A DNA stretch of 64,000 bases, from contig OX597818.1 of assembly GCA_951406725.2 (NCBI GenBank), positions 42,532,001-42,596,000 on the forward strand. Direction: 5' to 3'. A model generated the notes under the pieces. That model ran no database searches. It saw nothing but the letters and a program-made list of their open reading frames with translations, and was not told the DNA's origin. Positions 63,530 through 64,000 of the stretch are shown piece by piece. The stretch comes from Octopus vulgaris. Its lineage: Eukaryota. Position 1 is the first letter of the stretch. Every line of letters begins with the position of its first letter. A program made the position numbers and the translations under genes.

Positions 63530-64000
63530 AGATGCCAGCAGGAAGAACTGAGTCAGTGCAAAAAACTATGAAAGCTTTCAGAGGTAACCATAGCAGATGG
63601 CCCAAACTTTAAAACTTTCTTGAAGACTGGGTTAACACACAGAGAGCAAGAAGCTGCAGTGTTTCCACTGTGCAGATCAGACTGAAGGCTAAAACAATCG
63701 CCATCGAAATGAAAATCGAAGATTTTAGAAGTGGGCCATCATGGTATTTTAGATTTATGAGAAGAAAAGGCCTGCTCGTCAGGGCACGCATGACTTTGTG
63801 TCAGCTGCTCCCTCCTGACTACGAGGAAAAACTTAACTTTCGCACATTCACTCAAACAAAGATAGAGAATTCCATCGGGCCAGAAAATATCATAAATATG
63901 GATGAAGTACCTTTGACATTTGACCTGCCTCTCACTCAGACTCTTAATTAAAAAGGTGACTCGTCCATCACACTGAAAACAAGTGGCCATGAAAAAATGC
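63530..64000 (+). mobile_element. pogo-family transposase relic (CENP-B HTH to DDE start), runs off the window
   Basis: WPKL..LEDWV...IRLKAK..A....F..GPSWYFRFMRRKGL..R...IINMDEVPLTFDLP...LKTSGHEK; stops present. Confidence 0.85.

Overview
AT-rich eukaryotic (animal) genomic DNA made up almost entirely of transposable elements and microsatellites. The SINE and RTE-tail families resemble those of Octopus, which is an inference from repeat recognition and not a database result. No prokaryotic operons, rRNA, true tRNA or CRISPR array are supported, and most listed ORFs are translations of (TA)n/(CA)n tracts or antisense SINE sequence. Recognisable content: three tRNA-headed SINE families; RTE-clade LINEs, including a 2.9 kb copy broken by a single nonsense codon; fragments of CR1, R4/Dong, Tx1/L1, Penelope and Ty3/Gypsy retroelements; Tc1 (DD34E), maT (DD37D) and pogo transposases; Helitron RepHel relics plus two non-autonomous Helitrons; and piggyBac-, hAT-, mariner- and Tigger-type MITEs. 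The most interesting signals are: (1) a dispersed set of type I hammerhead ribozyme motifs in (TA)n-flanked modules, one nearly intact at 38345-38395; (2) a complete C4HC3 PHD finger inserted inside the RT domain of the RTE element; (3) a 3' tail shared between a SINE and a CR1 LINE, with a covarying hairpin; (4) local inverted duplications. A few isolated candidate host exons are reported at low confidence.
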